From positions 2,567-66,566 of the forward strand of contig CAMSZT010000011.1 of assembly GCA_947066815.1 (NCBI GenBank): DNA of 64,000 bases, given 5' to 3'. Every line of letters starts with the position of its first letter. Positions within the stretch are counted from its first letter, which is position 1. Under the pieces are notes generated by a model. The model was given only the letters and a program-made list of their open reading frames with translations, searched no databases and was not told where the DNA came from. Below are positions 63,520 through 64,000 of this stretch, piece after piece. This DNA comes from an uncultured Lachnotalea sp. (lineage in GTDB: Bacteria; Bacillota; Clostridia; Lachnospirales; Lachnospiraceae). Made by a program: the position numbers and the translations under genes.

Positions 63520-64000
63520 ATGAACCCTCTCACCATAAAACATACGACTTTTGGGGACGGAGTCCCGAAGATCTGCATCCCCATCACCGGCCGGACCGAA
63601 AACGAGATCCTAAAGGCGGCAGAGAAGATTTCCCGTCTGCCGGCGGACGTGGCCGAATGGCGGGCCGACTATTACGAGGCCGTCACCGAACCCGGGGCCG
63701 TCCTCCCTGTCCTGGCCGCGCTGAGGAAACGGCTCCCGGACACCCTCCTCCTCTTCACCTTCCGCACAAAAAAAGAAGGCGGCGACCGCGCCCTCTCCGA
63801 CGAAGCTTATCTGGAGCTTTGCCGGACGGCGGCCGGAAGCGGCCTCGCAGACCTTCTGGACCTGGAGCTTTTCACTGGGGCAGAGCCGGCACAAACAAAA
63901 ACTGACGGGCAGACAGGAACAGACAGGCAGACAGAGCTTTCCGCACAGACAAAAACAGGCGTGCAGGCGGAGCCGGCTCCGGACCGCCGCCTTCTTGAGC
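63520..64000 (+). CDS. aroD: 3-dehydroquinate dehydratase type I, N-terminal part (continues past the window end)
   Basis: Own translation MNPLTIKHTTFGDGVPKICIPITGRTENEILKAAEKISRLPADVAEWRADYY...LLLFTFRTKKEGGDRALSDEAY. RBS aaaggag. Not in the ORF track because there is no stop in the window. Confidence 0.8.
   Translation, partial: MNPLTIKHTTFGDGVPKICIPITGRTENEILKAAEKISRLPADVAEWRADYYEAVTEPGAVLPVLAALRKRLPDTLLLFTFRTKKEGGDRALSDEAYLELCRTAAGSGLADLLDLELFTGAEPAQTKTDGQTGTDRQTELSAQTKTGVQAEPAPDRRLLE

Noticed and set aside
63186-63905. 239-aa + ORF spanning the aroE 3' end and aroD 5' end
   Set aside because: Wrong frame, an Arg/Pro/Gly-rich translation. aroE ends at 63492, and aroD starts at 63520 in another frame with an RBS and family motifs.

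Overview
High-GC, Clostridia-type (endospore-forming Firmicute) chromosomal segment, transcribed mostly on the minus strand. Core genes recognised from motifs: mgtE, glgP, ileS and valS (each behind a T-box leader), the spoIIAA-spoIIAB-sigF plus spoVAA-AB-AC sporulation block, folC, sbcDC, nadE, upp, rubrerythrin, larC-larE-larB, mntP behind a yybP-ykoY Mn riboswitch, and aroE/aroD. Accessory patches, judged AT-richer by eye only: (i) 9.0-12.0 kb, nested IS1634/IS256 transposase debris next to an overlapping SAM-methyltransferase / HNH-nuclease gene pair; (ii) 24.0-28.0 kb, a LysR-controlled nitrilase / shortened AGCS transporter / asparaginase cassette. The main unexplained signal is a family of about 180-260 bp rod-like palindromic repeats: five full copies plus one remnant. 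They share a conserved apical loop, while the stems differ between copies but stay self-complementary. Several copies sit exactly at gene ends, and two bracket an AAA+ ATPase-larCEB gene string that lacks larA and is flanked by two MoxR-type AAA+/vWA pairs. Other oddities are an 87-bp x2.3 structured tandem repeat between the valS T-box terminator and the start codon, and a long structured mgtE leader that I could not match to the canonical M-box. No rRNA, tRNA or CRISPR array was seen. All calls rest on reading the sequence and ORF translations by eye; no database search was run.
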